Positions 8,686 through 18,933 of a DNA stretch of 32,000 nucleotides are shown in pieces (positions within the stretch are counted from its first letter, which is position 1; every line of letters starts with the position of its first letter). The position numbers and the translations under genes are program-made. The DNA comes from Aliivibrio fischeri ES114 (GTDB lineage Bacteria; Pseudomonadota; Gammaproteobacteria; Enterobacterales; Vibrionaceae): the NCBI RefSeq assembly GCF_000011805.1, contig NC_006840.2. One strand, written 5' to 3'. Below the pieces are notes generated by a model. It was not told the origin of the DNA, searched no databases, and was given only the letters and a program-made list of their open reading frames with translations.

Positions 8686-10701
8686 CTACTTTTTGAGCAT
8701 GGCTCTGAGGTTGGCAATATTTGCTTTTCCTCTCTCCATTCGCTCTTCTTGCGTTGGTTTGGGTTTCTTCATTTCCCAATCCAAATCATCATGAGGCAAC
8801 TCTTCAAGAAAACGGCTTGGTTCAGGTCGAATAAGTTCACCATACTGACGACGCTCTTTACATAATGTAAAGGTCAACTCTTTTTGAGCTCGTGTGATTC
8901 CTACATATGCCAGTCGGCGCTCTTCTTCCACATTATCTTCATCAATGCTCGTTTGATGAGGAAGGATCCCTTCTTCTGCTCCAATTAAGTAAACATATGG
9001 AAACTCAAGACCTTTAGATGCGTGTAAGGTCATTAATTGAACTTGGTCAGCACCATCTTCATCTTCTCCACGCTCCATCATGTCACGTAACGTCAATTTC
9101 TGAACCACTTCCTTTAGTGTCTTCTCTTCATTGTCATAGTTATCGCCTTCTAAATCGGCAACAATCCATGAATAGAGATCTGACACATTTTTCATTCGCA
9201 TTTCAGCAGCTTTAGCACTGGTTGAAGTTTCATACAACCAATCTTCATAATGTATGTCTTTTACTAAAGAACGAACCGCTTCAACAGTATTGCCTCGCTC
9301 AGCATTCTCAGAAATAGATACAATCCAATGACAGAAGCGACGAAGAGATTCTAACCCTCGTCCTGAAAGCGTTTGCTCTAAGCCTATTTCAAAACTGGAT
9401 TCAAACAAGCTCTTTCCACGCATGTTGGCATAGCTACCAAGCTTCTCAAGTGTCACAGGACCGATCTCACGACGAGGTGTATTAACTACACGTAAAAAAG
9501 CGTTATCGTCATCAGGATTAGTTAATAAACGTAAATAAGCCATGATGTCTTTAATTTCTGCACGAGCAAAGAAAGAAGTGCCCCCAGAAATTTTATAAGG
9601 CACTCGGTTTTGCATTAATGATTTTTCAATCAAACGCGACTGATGGTTACCACGATATAAAACCGCATAATCTTTATAATCCGTTCGATTTAAGAAACGA
9701 TGCGCAATCAATTCACCTACCACTCGTTCAGCTTCATGCTCATCATCTTTAGCGGTTAAAATTTTTATCTGCTCACCATCAGGAATTTCAGAAAACAGAC
9801 GTTTTTCAAACGCGTGAGGGTTATTCGCAATAAGAATATTCGCTGCACGCAGAATTCGACTGGTTGAACGATAGTTTTGTTCAAGCTTTATGACACGTAA
9901 GTTTGGGTAATCTTCATTCAATAACACCAAGTTTTGTGGTTTTGCTCCACGCCATGAGTAAATTGATTGGTCATCATCACCCACCACGGTTAATCGACCT
10001 CTTTCACCCACCAATAGCTTAACGAGTTCATATTGGCTCGTATTGGTATCTTGATATTCATCGACCAGTAGATAACGAATTTTCATCTGCCAACGTTCAC
10101 GCACTTCTTGATTGGTACGCAGCAGCAGTACAGGCAGTGATATCAAATCATCAAAATCCAGTGCGTTATACGCCTTCATTTGGTTTAAATACATTTCATA
10201 GCAAAAAGCAAAAAGCTGATCTTGCTCTGAGCGAGCAACCCCTTTGACTTGTGCCGGCGTTAACATGTCATTCTTCCAATTAGAAATACTACTTAGAAGT
10301 TGACGCAATAAATCTTTATCACCATCAATCTGCTTTTCTGTTAACTCTTTTAACAGTGCTAATTGGTCTTGATCATCAAATAATGAAAATCCAGCCTTTA
10401 AGCCAAGAACCTTATATTCACGGCGAATAATGTCTAAACCTAATGAGTGAAAGGTTGATACCATTAATCCTCGAGATTCTTGTTTACCTAATGTTTGTCC
10501 AACACGCTCTTTCATTTCACGAGCCGCTTTGTTGGTAAAGGTTACTGCTGCAATATTTCTCGCCTTGTAACCACATTGCTGAACTAAATAAGCTATTTTA
10601 TTAGTGATTACACGCGTTTTACCCGACCCTGCACCAGCCAATACTAAACACGGCCCAGAGACAAATTTAACGGCCTCATCTTGCTGTGGATTAAGTTTCA
10701 T
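8686..10701 (-). CDS. rep: ATP-dependent DNA helicase Rep (671 aa).
   Basis: Collinear along its length with my memory of E. coli Rep: [39 protein letters not shown]..., [98 protein letters not shown]. Confidence 0.95.
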   Translation of the reverse strand: MKLNPQQDEAVKFVSGPCLVLAGAGSGKTRVITNKIAYLVQQCGYKARNIAAVTFTNKAAREMKERVGQTLGKQESRGLMVSTFHSLGLDIIRREYKVLGLKAGFSLFDDQDQLALLKELTEKQIDGDKDLLRQLLSSISNWKNDMLTPAQVKGVARSEQDQLFAFCYEMYLNQMKAYNALDFDDLISLPVLLLRTNQEVRERWQMKIRYLLVDEYQDTNTSQYELVKLLVGERGRLTVVGDDDQSIYSWRGAKPQNLVLLNEDYPNLRVIKLEQNYRSTSRILRAANILIANNPHAFEKRLFSEIPDGEQIKILTAKDDEHEAERVVGELIAHRFLNRTDYKDYAVLYRGNHQSRLIEKSLMQNRVPYKISGGTSFFARAEIKDIMAYLRLLTNPDDDNAFLRVVNTPRREIGPVTLEKLGSYANMRGKSLFESSFEIGLEQTLSGRGLESLRRFCHWIVSISENAERGNTVEAVRSLVKDIHYEDWLYETSTSAKAAEMRMKNVSDLYSWIVADLEGDNYDNEEKTLKEVVQKLTLRDMMERGEDEDGADQVQLMTLHASKGLEFPYVYLIGAEEGILPHQTSIDEDNVEEERRLAYVGITRAQKELTFTLCKERRQYGELIRPEPSRFLEELPHDDLDWEMKKPKPTQEERMERGKANIANLRAMLKK

Positions 10702-10821
10702 GGATCACCTATAAAATCGATAATGAATTATTTGCGTCTATAATAAAGCTGTCAGGTAATGAATGCCATGCAAACGATAAAGTAAAAAATGTGATCTTTA
10801 CGTTTCTTGACACAAAAACAG

Positions 10822-10850
10822 ATTACATTTCAAACAGAGTCCCCTAAAAT
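10822..10850 (+). promoter_or_regulatory. Candidate promoter of the TetR-MFP-RND operon.
   Basis: ATTACA (10822-10827), a 17-nt spacer, then TAAAAT (10845-10850). The 22-bp palindrome starts at the next base. This is a weak consensus match by eye only. Confidence 0.35.
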
Positions 10851-10872
10851 AATGAATGAACGTTCATTCATT
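10851..10872. promoter_or_regulatory. Perfect 22-bp palindrome AATGAATGAAC|GTTCATTCATT, the probable operator of the adjacent TetR-family repressor.
   Basis: I checked base by base that the sequence equals its own reverse complement. It sits between the candidate -10 and the RBS (AAGGA 10877-10881) of the TetR gene. TetR-family proteins typically bind dyads at their own promoters. Confidence 0.6.
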
Positions 10873-10888
10873 TCATAAGGACGTATTT

Positions 10889-11455
10889 ATGAAGGAAAAA
10901 CGTCAGCTTATTTTAGAATCGGCCGAAAAACTGTTAGCAACTGATGGCTTTCATGGCTTATCAATGCAAAAAGTTGCCAATCAAGCAGGCGTCGCAGCAG
11001 GTACTATCTATCGCTACTTTGATGACAAAGAAGCATTGATTGAAGAAATCAAGCTGAACATTATGCAACGTGTAGCAACTGCCATTCAAAAAGACATAGA
11101 TGATAACGACCCTATAAAGGTTCGTTTTAGATCTATGTGGCTAAATATTTGGCACTTTGCTATTTCAGAAAAAAATACTTTTTTAAATCGAAATCAATAT
11201 GAAGCACTCCCGTCTTCGAATTTAATTAAGTTAAAGGAACTAGAGAAAAAAATATTTGCCCAAGTGAATCAACTCTTTATTGATGGACTTGAACAAGGCG
11301 TATTTAAACCTCTCAGTGTAGAAATCCTTGTAGGATTAAGCTTAGAAGCAAGTGTTTGCTTAGCAAGAAAACATTCTCAAGGCTTTTTTACATTAACAGA
11401 TGATGATCTCAACTCGGCGATTGAAGCCAGTTGGGACGCAATTATTAAACACTAA
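10889..11455 (+). CDS. TetR/AcrR-family transcriptional regulator (188 aa from ATG 10889; the track ORF begins at 10856).
   Basis: N-terminal HTH LSMQKVANQAGVAAGTIYRYFDDKEAL. AAGGA lies 7 nt upstream of ATG 10889. The ATG at 10856 has no RBS and lies inside the palindrome. The stop is 18 nt before the MFP gene. Its position matches vexR of V. cholerae vexRAB by my recollection of synteny. Confidence 0.85.
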   Translation: MKEKRQLILESAEKLLATDGFHGLSMQKVANQAGVAAGTIYRYFDDKEALIEEIKLNIMQRVATAIQKDIDDNDPIKVRFRSMWLNIWHFAISEKNTFLNRNQYEALPSSNLIKLKELEKKIFAQVNQLFIDGLEQGVFKPLSVEILVGLSLEASVCLARKHSQGFFTLTDDDLNSAIEASWDAIIKH

Positions 11456-11473
11456 TTTGGAGTTCTAATCAGA

Positions 11474-12580
11474 ATGAAAAAGTGGACTTTCTTTATGTTG
11501 CTTCTTGCACTACTTCTTTTTGGTAGCGTAATTGGTTTCAACATGTTCAAACAACAAAAAATAGCTGAATACATGGCTAACCGCCCTGAAGCTGAATTTC
11601 CAGTCACTGTAGAAACCGTTGAACCTACGCTTTGGACTCCAACCATTGAAGCGATCGGTTTTATTGAACCTAATCAAGGTGTGACGCTAACTACTGAAGT
11701 TAACGGCATTATTGATAAAATTTCATTTGATTCAGGTAGCCAAGTTAAAAAAGGCCAAGTATTAGTTTCTCTTGATTCAAAAGTAGAAAAAGCAAACTTG
11801 AAGAGTACTCAAGCTCGCTTACCTGCAGCAGAAGCAAAATATAAACGTTATAAAGGTCTATACAAAAAAGGCTCTATTTCAAAAGAGGCTTACGATGAAG
11901 CTGAAGCTAATTATTTATCGTTAGCGGCTGATATCGAAAGTATGAAAGCATCAATTGATCGCCGTGAAATCAAAGCTCCATTCTCAGGTGTTATTGGTAT
12001 TCGTAATGTTTACCTAGGTCAATACTTACAACCAAGTACTGATATTGTTCGCTTAGAAGATACAAGCGTTATGCGTTTACGCTTTACTGTTCCTCAAACG
12101 GATATTTCAAAAATCAACATTGGTCAAGAGATTGATATCTCAGTTGATTCATACCCAGAGGATACTTTCCGCGGCTCTATCAGTGCGATTGAACCTGCTG
12201 TAAATATTCAAAGTGGTTTAATTGAGGTTCAAGCAGATATCCCTAATAACGGCGGTAAATTACGCAGTGGTATGTTTGCTCAAGCAAAAATCATTCTTCC
12301 GACTTTAGAAAACCAAGTTGTGATTCCTCAAACAGCAATTACCTTCACTCTATATGGTGACAATGTTTATATCGTGTCTGAAAAAGATGGCGTAAAACGA
12401 GTTCAACAACATGTAGTGAAAGTTGGTGAGCGTTCTAAAGATATTGCACATATTTTAGAGGGCGTTAAAGCTGGAGATATGGTTGTAACAACTGGTCAAG
12501 TTCGTCTAAGTAACGACGCTAAAGTTCGTATTGTGGAAAGTAATGCCACAACACCACCTGCTGAAACACCAATGCTGTAA
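11474..12580 (+). CDS. RND efflux periplasmic adaptor (membrane fusion protein, HlyD/AcrA family), 368 aa.
   Basis: N-terminal hydrophobic anchor MKKWTFFMLLLALLLFGSVIGF with no lipobox Cys. It has a lipoyl/coiled-coil/beta-barrel-like layout (VSLDSKVEKANLKSTQARL...EANYLSLAADIES...IKAPFSGVIG). It lies immediately upstream of an RND pump gene and may be the vexA equivalent. Confidence 0.85.
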   Translation: MKKWTFFMLLLALLLFGSVIGFNMFKQQKIAEYMANRPEAEFPVTVETVEPTLWTPTIEAIGFIEPNQGVTLTTEVNGIIDKISFDSGSQVKKGQVLVSLDSKVEKANLKSTQARLPAAEAKYKRYKGLYKKGSISKEAYDEAEANYLSLAADIESMKASIDRREIKAPFSGVIGIRNVYLGQYLQPSTDIVRLEDTSVMRLRFTVPQTDISKINIGQEIDISVDSYPEDTFRGSISAIEPAVNIQSGLIEVQADIPNNGGKLRSGMFAQAKIILPTLENQVVIPQTAITFTLYGDNVYIVSEKDGVKRVQQHVVKVGERSKDIAHILEGVKAGDMVVTTGQVRLSNDAKVRIVESNATTPPAETPML

Positions 12581-12591
12581 TCGGAGGCATT

Positions 12592-15500
12592 ATGCGCTTT
12601 ACTGATGTTTTTATTAAACGTCCAGTTTTAGCGGTATCGATCAGCTTTTTGATTGCTTTGCTTGGTATCCAAGCGATTTTCAAAATGCAGGTTCGCGAAT
12701 ACCCTGAAATGACAAATACCGTTGTAACGGTAACAACAAGCTACTATGGTGCGAGTGCTGACTTGATTCAAGGCTTCATCACTCAACCCTTAGAGCAAGC
12801 GGTCGCACAAGCCGATAATATTGATTTCATGACCTCTCAATCAGTAATGGGTCAATCGACTATTACTGTAACTATGAAATTAAATACGGATCCTAACGCC
12901 GCACTTTCTGACATATTGGCAAAAACCAACTCTGTTCGCTCTCAGCTACCTAAAGAAGCTGAAGATCCAACCGTAACGATGTCGACAGGCTCTACTACGG
13001 CGGTTCTTTATATTGGTTTTACTAGTGATGAGCTAGTATCAAGCCAGATCACCGATTATCTTGAACGAGTGGTTAATCCACAATTGTTCACCGTTAATGG
13101 TGTATCAAAAGTTGACCTTTATGGTGGTATGAAATACGCACTACGTATCTGGTTAGATCCTGCACGTATGGCGGCTATCAATATGACTGCTACTGATGTT
13201 ATGGGCGTACTTAATGCCAATAACTTCCAATCAGCAGCTGGTCAAGCTACAGGTGAATTTGTTCTTTATAATGGTAGCGCTAATACACAGGTTTCTGATG
13301 TTGAAGAACTAGAAAACCTTGTTGTTAGAACCAATGATGGCGAAGTGGTTCGTTTAAGTGATATCGCAAAGGTATCATTAGATAAGAGTCATGACGTATA
13401 TCGTGCAAGTGCTAACGGACAAGAAGCGGTTGTTGCTGCAATTAATGCTGCACCAAGTGCGAACCCAATTAACATCGCTGCCGATGTACTTGAGTTGCTT
13501 CCTCAATTAGAGAAGAACTTACCAAGTAACATCAAAATGAACGTGATGTACGATTCAACGATTGCTATCAATGAATCGATTCATGAGGTTATCAAGACAA
13601 TTCTTGAAGCAGCTTTAATCGTACTGGTTGTTATCACTCTGTTCTTAGGTTCATTCCGAGCGGTTATTATTCCTATTGTAACCATTCCACTATCACTTAT
13701 TGGTGTGGCAATGGTAATGCAAGCGATGGGATTCTCTTGGAACTTAATGACCCTACTTGCAATGGTACTCGCCATCGGTCTGGTTGTTGATGATGCTATC
13801 GTTGTTTTAGAAAACGTTGACCGTCATATCAAGTTGGGAGAAACGCCTTTCCGAGCAGCTATTATTGGTACTCGTGAAATCGCTGTTCCAGTTATTGCAA
13901 TGACATTAACGCTAGGTGCGGTATATGCTCCAATTGCGATGATGGGCGGTATTACAGGCTCTCTATTTAAAGAGTTTGCATTAACACTAGCAGGTTCGGT
14001 ATTCGTATCTGGTATCGTCGCACTAACACTATCTCCAATGATGTGTTCAAAAATGCTAGTTGCAAATGAAGAACCTAATCGTTTCGAGAAAAAAGTTCAT
14101 CATATTTTAGATAATATGAGTGAACGTTATGAACGTATGCTTAATGTGATCATGACTCGTCGTCCTGTCATTATTGCTTTTGCTGTTATTGTTTTTGCAA
14201 GTCTACCGCTGTTATTCAAGTTCATCCCTAGTGAGCTTGCTCCATCGGAAGATAAAGGGGTTATTATGTTGATGGGTACAGCACCATCAAACGCTAACCT
14301 TGATTACATGCAAAATACAATGAATGATGTTAATACCATTCTTTCAAATCAACCTGAAGTGTCATTTGCACAGGTATTTACCGGTGTACCAAATGCAAAC
14401 CAAGCTTTTGGTATTGCCTCAATGGTTCCTTGGAGCCAGCGTGAAGCAAGCCAAGCAGAGGTGACAAAAAGAGTTGGTACTCTAGTACAAGACGTTCCAG
14501 GTATGGCGGTTACAGCCTTCCAAATGCCAGAACTTCCTGGTGCTGGTTCTGGTCTACCAATTCAATTTGTTATTACAACACCTAACAGCTTTGAAAGCTT
14601 ATTCCAAATAGCTACCGAAGTATTAACTGGTGTTAAAGGTAGTCCACTATTTGTTTATTCAGATCTAGATTTGAACTTCGATTCTGCAACAATGAAGATC
14701 AACATTGATAAGAATAAAGCAGGTGCTTACGGTGTTACGATGCAGGATATCGGTATCACACTAAGTACAATGATGGCTGATGGCTATGTAAACCGAATTG
14801 ACTTAAATGGTCGCTCGTACGAAGTAATCCCTCAAGTTGAACGTAAATACCGTTTAAACCCTGAGTCAATGAACAATTACTATGTACGTTCGGCGAGTGG
14901 TGAAGCGGTTCCTCTTGGTAGCTTAATTTCGATTGATGTAATTGCAGAGCCACGTTCATTACCGCACTTTAACCAATTAAACTCAGCAACTGTTGGCGCA
15001 GTTCCAACGCCTGGTGTTGCAATGGGTGACGCAATTAATTGGTTTGAAGATGTTGCAAATAATAAGCTTCCAAGTGGTTACAATCACGACTACATGGGTG
15101 AGGCTCGTCAATATGTAACGGAAGGCAGTGCATTATATGCTACTTTCGGTTTGGCTCTAGCTATCATCTTCTTGGTTCTTGCGATTCAATTTGAATCAAT
15201 CCGAGACCCATTAGTAATCATGGTATCTGTTCCATTGGCTATTTGTGGTGCGTTAATTGCCCTTGCTTGGGGAGCTGCATCAATGAACATCTACTCACAA
15301 GTAGGTCTTATTACCTTAGTTGGTTTGATTACTAAACACGGTATCCTTATCTGTGAAGTAGCAAAAGAAGAACAACTGCACCATCAAAAAAGTAAGATGG
15401 CTGCGGTAACAGAAGCCGCTAAAGTTCGTCTACGTCCAATCTTAATGACAACAGCAGCAATGATCGCAGGTCTAATCCCGCTATTATATGCAACTGGTGC

Positions 15501-15663
15501 TGGTGCTGCTCAGCGCTTCAGTATTGGTATTGTAATTGTTGCAGGTCTAGCGATTGGTACATTGTTTACGCTATTTGTACTTCCTGTTATATACAGTTAC
15601 TTAGCAAGTGAACATAAGCCGTTACCTGTCTTCGAAGAAGGCAAAGAGATTAAAGAATCTTAA
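12592..15663 (+). CDS. RND multidrug efflux inner-membrane pump (HAE1/AcrB family), 1023 aa.
   Basis: MRFTDVFIKRPVLAVSISFLIALLGIQA start, a 12-TM twofold-repeat architecture, and the conserved LAIGLVVDDAIVVLENV motif. GGAGG RBS. No outer-membrane factor gene is in the operon. Its position between rep and ilvC matches vexB of V. cholerae as I recall it. Confidence 0.9.
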   Translation: MRFTDVFIKRPVLAVSISFLIALLGIQAIFKMQVREYPEMTNTVVTVTTSYYGASADLIQGFITQPLEQAVAQADNIDFMTSQSVMGQSTITVTMKLNTDPNAALSDILAKTNSVRSQLPKEAEDPTVTMSTGSTTAVLYIGFTSDELVSSQITDYLERVVNPQLFTVNGVSKVDLYGGMKYALRIWLDPARMAAINMTATDVMGVLNANNFQSAAGQATGEFVLYNGSANTQVSDVEELENLVVRTNDGEVVRLSDIAKVSLDKSHDVYRASANGQEAVVAAINAAPSANPINIAADVLELLPQLEKNLPSNIKMNVMYDSTIAINESIHEVIKTILEAALIVLVVITLFLGSFRAVIIPIVTIPLSLIGVAMVMQAMGFSWNLMTLLAMVLAIGLVVDDAIVVLENVDRHIKLGETPFRAAIIGTREIAVPVIAMTLTLGAVYAPIAMMGGITGSLFKEFALTLAGSVFVSGIVALTLSPMMCSKMLVANEEPNRFEKKVHHILDNMSERYERMLNVIMTRRPVIIAFAVIVFASLPLLFKFIPSELAPSEDKGVIMLMGTAPSNANLDYMQNTMNDVNTILSNQPEVSFAQVFTGVPNANQAFGIASMVPWSQREASQAEVTKRVGTLVQDVPGMAVTAFQMPELPGAGSGLPIQFVITTPNSFESLFQIATEVLTGVKGSPLFVYSDLDLNFDSATMKINIDKNKAGAYGVTMQDIGITLSTMMADGYVNRIDLNGRSYEVIPQVERKYRLNPESMNNYYVRSASGEAVPLGSLISIDVIAEPRSLPHFNQLNSATVGAVPTPGVAMGDAINWFEDVANNKLPSGYNHDYMGEARQYVTEGSALYATFGLALAIIFLVLAIQFESIRDPLVIMVSVPLAICGALIALAWGAASMNIYSQVGLITLVGLITKHGILICEVAKEEQLHHQKSKMAAVTEAAKVRLRPILMTTAAMIAGLIPLLYATGAGAAQRFSIGIVIVAGLAIGTLFTLFVLPVIYSYLASEHKPLPVFEEGKEIKES

Positions 15664-15679
15664 TGGTGAAATAAAATTA

Positions 15680-15705
15680 AAGGCTACTTCGGTAGCCTTT
15701 TTTTT
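15680..15705 (+). terminator. Rho-independent terminator of the efflux operon.
   Basis: AAGGCTAC (15680-15687) / GTAGCCTT (15692-15699) with a TTCG tetraloop, followed by a T-run to 15705. Confidence 0.85.
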
Positions 15706-15773
15706 ATTTGGATAGCGACAATTGGAAAGGCTTTACTTAGAATAAAGAAAAAGTATTCAATTAAGGGTAAATA

Positions 15774-16025
15774 ATGTTTGATCCAAAAAAGTTAGAGCAA
15801 GTAGCAAAACAAATTCATGAATCAATGCCGCAGCCAGTAAAAGAACTTGGTAGTGATGTTGAACAAAAAGTTCGTCAAGCTATTCAAGGACAGTTAAATA
15901 AACTTGATGTTGTTAGCAGAGAAGAGTTTGATGTCCAAACACAAGTTCTTTTACGTACTCGCCAAAAGCTAACAGCGATGGAACAAAAACTTGCTGAATT
16001 AGAAGAGAAACTTTCGGAAAAATAA
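15774..16025 (+). CDS. ubiK: Ubiquinone biosynthesis accessory factor UbiK (YqiC/BMFP family), 83 aa.
   Basis: [24 protein letters not shown]...[23 protein letters not shown] aligns closely with my memory of E. coli YqiC (MIDPKKIEQIARQVHESMP...[21 protein letters not shown]). Confidence 0.85.
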   Translation: MFDPKKLEQVAKQIHESMPQPVKELGSDVEQKVRQAIQGQLNKLDVVSREEFDVQTQVLLRTRQKLTAMEQKLAELEEKLSEK

Positions 16026-16108
16026 AACAATAAATAACCAACAATACAATCTGAAGTATCCAGTTTTGAGCTGATTATTGTATGTTATTAATTTATCCAG
16101 ATTACAAT

Positions 16109-16140
16109 AAAAAAGGCTTGGTCATAAACCAAGCCTTTTT
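16109..16140. terminator. Bidirectional rho-independent terminator shared by the convergent ubiK and ilvC genes.
   Basis: A6, GGCTTGGT (16115-16122), loop CATAA, ACCAAGCC (16128-16135), T5. The arrangement is symmetric, so both strands see a stem plus a U-run. Confidence 0.8.
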
Positions 16141-16158
16141 ATTTAATTTGTAATTAAA

Positions 16159-17643
16159 TTAGCCACCAACTGCAATTCGCTTCATATCGCTCATGTAGCT
16201 ACGTAATTCTTCACCAATATATTCAACTGGATGATTACGAATCGCATCATTAACAGCGATTAGCGTTGCATTATCCACTTGATTTGATGCCTCACCTAAT
16301 CCTCGGCCAATAACATCTGTTTCAACAGAAGGCATGAATTTCTCACGAAGAAGTGGCGTTGCTACATTTGCAAATAGGTAGTTACCATATTCAGCAGTAT
16401 CAGAAATAACTACGTTCATTTCGTACAAACGCTTACGTGCTACAGTGTTAGCAATCAGTGGTAATTCGTGCAGCGACTCATAGTAAGCTGATTCATCGAT
16501 AATGCCTGATGCAGTCATAGCTTCAAAAGCTAATTCAACGCCGGCACGAACCATTGCAACGAGTAAAATACCGTTATCAAAGTATTCTTGTTCAGAGATC
16601 TCTACATCAGACTCAGGGTAGTTTTCAAACGCAGTTTGACCTGTTTCTTCACGCCAGCCAAATAGATTAACATCATCATTAGCCCAATCAGCCATCATTG
16701 TGCGAGAAAACTCACCAGAAATAATATCGTCCATATGCTTATTATAAAGTGGACGCATTAGCTCTTTAAGTTCTTCTGAAAGCTCAAAAGCTTTTACTTT
16801 AGCTGGGTTTGAAAGGCGATCCATCATATGCGTAACACCGCCAAACTTTAGGGCTTCAGTAATTGTTTCCCAACCGTACTGTAGAAGTTTACCTGCATAA
16901 CCAGGCTCAATACCGTCAGCAATCATCTTCTCGTAAGATACAATAGAACCAGCTTGTAGCATGCCACAAAGAATCGTTTGCTCACCCATAAGGTCAGATT
17001 TAACTTCAGCGACAAAAGAAGACTCTAGACAACCCGCACGGTGACCACCTGTACCAGCAGCCCAAGCCTTAGCAATATCCCAACCTTCACCTTTAGGATC
17101 ATTTTCTGGGTGAACAGCAATTAGAGTTGGAACCCCAAAACCACGTTTATATTCTTCACGAACTTCTGTTCCTGGACACTTAGGAGCAACCATAACAACC
17201 GTCAAATCTTTACGGATTTGCATCCCTTCTTCAACAACATTAAAACCATGTGAATAGCCTAAAGCTGCCCCCTCTTTCATTAGAGGCATAACAGTTTCAA
17301 CTACATTAGTATGTTGTTTATCAGGAGTAAGATTAATAACTAGGTCAGCTTGAGGGATCAGAGTTTCATAGCTAGCTACTTCAAAACCATTTTCTTTTGC
17401 ATTTTTATAAGATTGTCGTTGCTCATCAATAGCGGCTTGACGCAGTGCATAAGCAACATCTAAGCCTGAATCACGCATATTAAGGCCTTGGTTTAAGCCT
17501 TGAGCACCACAACCAACAATAACCACTTTTTTACCTTTAAGGTAATCAGCTTCTGTTGCAAATTCTTCACGATCCATAAAGCGACAACGACCTAGTTGAT
17601 CTAATTGTTCACGTAAATTTAGCGTATTAAAGTAGTTAGACAT
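16159..17643 (-). CDS. ilvC: Ketol-acid reductoisomerase (NADP+), class II, 494 aa.
   Basis: From ATG 17643, [28 protein letters not shown]...[25 protein letters not shown]...KRIAVGG is near-collinear with E. coli IlvC as I remember it. GGAG lies 7 nt upstream. The 40 extra N-terminal codons in the track ORF (to 17763) are not homologous and run into ilvY. Confidence 0.95.
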   Translation of the reverse strand: MSNYFNTLNLREQLDQLGRCRFMDREEFATEADYLKGKKVVIVGCGAQGLNQGLNMRDSGLDVAYALRQAAIDEQRQSYKNAKENGFEVASYETLIPQADLVINLTPDKQHTNVVETVMPLMKEGAALGYSHGFNVVEEGMQIRKDLTVVMVAPKCPGTEVREEYKRGFGVPTLIAVHPENDPKGEGWDIAKAWAAGTGGHRAGCLESSFVAEVKSDLMGEQTILCGMLQAGSIVSYEKMIADGIEPGYAGKLLQYGWETITEALKFGGVTHMMDRLSNPAKVKAFELSEELKELMRPLYNKHMDDIISGEFSRTMMADWANDDVNLFGWREETGQTAFENYPESDVEISEQEYFDNGILLVAMVRAGVELAFEAMTASGIIDESAYYESLHELPLIANTVARKRLYEMNVVISDTAEYGNYLFANVATPLLREKFMPSVETDVIGRGLGEASNQVDNATLIAVNDAIRNHPVEYIGEELRSYMSDMKRIAVGG

Positions 17644-17734
17644 GATAAAACTCCGTAAATATCGTTTAATCCATTGGGATGATTCTGTGTATGAATTTGA
17701 TAATAACGAAAGATTAACATTGTAAAAAGTGATA

Positions 17735-17758
17735 TATTGGCAACACATGATTGCAATA
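17735..17758. promoter_or_regulatory. Imperfect dyad TATTGGCAA-N7-TTGCAATA in the ilvY-ilvC divergent region, a candidate IlvY operator.
   Basis: Read from the sequence. It lies 12-35 nt upstream of the ilvY ATG and about 95-115 nt upstream of the ilvC ATG. LysR-type IlvY is known to bind tandem operators in this divergent region in E. coli. I cannot verify the motif identity. Confidence 0.3.
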
Positions 17759-17769
17759 AACACAACATT

Positions 17770-18654
17770 ATGAATATAAAATTACTACAAACGTTTTTGC
17801 ATTTATGCGAAAGCCATAGTTTCACACATACGTCTAAGGCTATGCATTTAAGTCCATCAGCTTTAAGCCGACAAATACAAAAATTAGAAGACGACATCGG
17901 TCATCCACTGTTTATTAGAGATAACCGAAGCGTCGAACTAACCAGTGCAGCAAAGCAACTAATACCTATTGCACTGAATATATGCTCCGAATGGAGTGGG
18001 TATAAAGCCAGTTCGAACGTTGTAAATAATGCCTTAAAAGGGCAATTAAAATTATTTTGCTCCGTCACTGCAAGCTACAGCCACCTTCCTCAATTATTAA
18101 ATGACTTTAAAGTTAATTACCCACATATAGATATTAAACTATCTACGGGCGATCCTGCTCAAGCGATAGAAAAGATCGAATCTTCTGAAGTAGATATCGC
18201 TATTTCAGCAGTACCAGAAAAACCTTCAAATAAACTAGCTTTTGAAATTATTAGTGAGATTCCACTTTCAATTATTGCTCCCTTAGGTAACAACCAATTT
18301 ATTAGTGAAATAAACAAAGAGAATAGTAATTGGGAGTTACTCCCTTTTATACTGCCCGAATCAGGTACCGCTAGAAATCGAGCTAATCAATGGTTTAAAG
18401 AACAAGGAATAAAACCAACTATCTATGCTCAAGTTTCAGGTCATGAAGCAATTGTGAGCATGGTTGCATTAGGATGTGGGATAGGAATAGCACCAGATGT
18501 TGTGATAAACAACAGCCCAGTGAAAGATAAAGTACAACGGTTAAATACATTACCAATTGCGCCATTTAAACTAGGTTTATGCTGTAAAAAATCAAAGTTA
18601 AATGATTCTGTTATTCAGGCGCTTTGGCAAGTTGCTGAAAATACTTTTATTTAG
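17770..18654 (+). CDS. ilvY: LysR-family transcriptional activator IlvY (294 aa from ATG 17770).
   Basis: [58 protein letters not shown] and [26 protein letters not shown] match E. coli IlvY. It is divergent from ilvC as in enterobacteria. The track ORF start at 17737 adds 11 non-homologous codons. Confidence 0.9.
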   Translation: MNIKLLQTFLHLCESHSFTHTSKAMHLSPSALSRQIQKLEDDIGHPLFIRDNRSVELTSAAKQLIPIALNICSEWSGYKASSNVVNNALKGQLKLFCSVTASYSHLPQLLNDFKVNYPHIDIKLSTGDPAQAIEKIESSEVDIAISAVPEKPSNKLAFEIISEIPLSIIAPLGNNQFISEINKENSNWELLPFILPESGTARNRANQWFKEQGIKPTIYAQVSGHEAIVSMVALGCGIGIAPDVVINNSPVKDKVQRLNTLPIAPFKLGLCCKKSKLNDSVIQALWQVAENTFI

Positions 18655-18664
18655 TTCTGAAACG

Positions 18665-18693
18665 AAAAAAGGCTTCCCTATGGGAAGCCTTTT
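18665..18693. terminator. Bidirectional terminator shared by ilvY (+) and the end of rrn operon 1 (-).
   Basis: A6, GGCTTCCC (18671-18678), loop TAT, GGGAAGCC (18682-18689), T4. The minus strand sees the stem followed by U6. Confidence 0.8.
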
Positions 18694-18700
18694 AAATTTG

Positions 18701-18819
18701 AGCCTAGCGATGTCCTACTCTCACATGGGGAAACCCCACACTACCATCGGCGCTATTACGTTTCACTTCTGAGTTCGGCATGGGATCAGGTGGGTCCATA
18801 ACGCTATGGTCGCTAAGCA
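18701..18819 (-). rRNA. rrf: 5S rRNA, distal extra copy (5S-A) of rrn operon 1.
   Basis: Reverse complement is TGCTTAGCGACCATAGCGTTATGGACCCACCTGATCCCATGCCGAACTCAGAAGTGAAACG...GAGAGTAGGACATCGCTAGGCT, collinear with E. coli 5S. The ends are set by analogy, plus or minus 2 nt. Confidence 0.9.
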
Positions 18820-18834
18820 AAATCTGTCAGTAAA

Positions 18835-18911
18835 TGGTGCTGATACCCAGACTTGAACTGGGGACCTCACCCTTACCAAGGGTGCGCTCTACCGGGCTGA
18901 GCTATATCAGC
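18835..18911 (-). tRNA. tRNA-Thr (anticodon GGU) between two 5S genes.
   Basis: Reverse complement is GCTGATATAGCTCAGCCCGGTAGAGCGCACCCTTGGTAAGGGTGAGGTCCCCAGTTCAAGTCTGGGTATCAGCACCA. The anticodon arm is CACCC-TTGGTAA-GGGTG. The arrangement is the same as E. coli rrnD rrfD-thrV-rrfF. Confidence 0.95.
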
Positions 18912-18933
18912 AATATTTTTACTTAATTTAATC

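Noticed and set aside
10807-10812. A perfect TTGACA -35 hexamer upstream of the TetR gene.
   Set aside because: I found no acceptable -10 at 16-18 nt downstream (TCAAAC/CAAACA). The ATTACA-17-TAAAAT pair fits better, so I did not call a promoter from this hexamer. It could still matter and needs TSS data.
17644-17763. 40-codon N-terminal extension of ilvC, and the 11-codon extension of ilvY (17737..17769).
   Set aside because: Homology to E. coli IlvC and IlvY begins at the internal ATGs (17643, 17770). The extensions overlap each other in the divergent promoter region.
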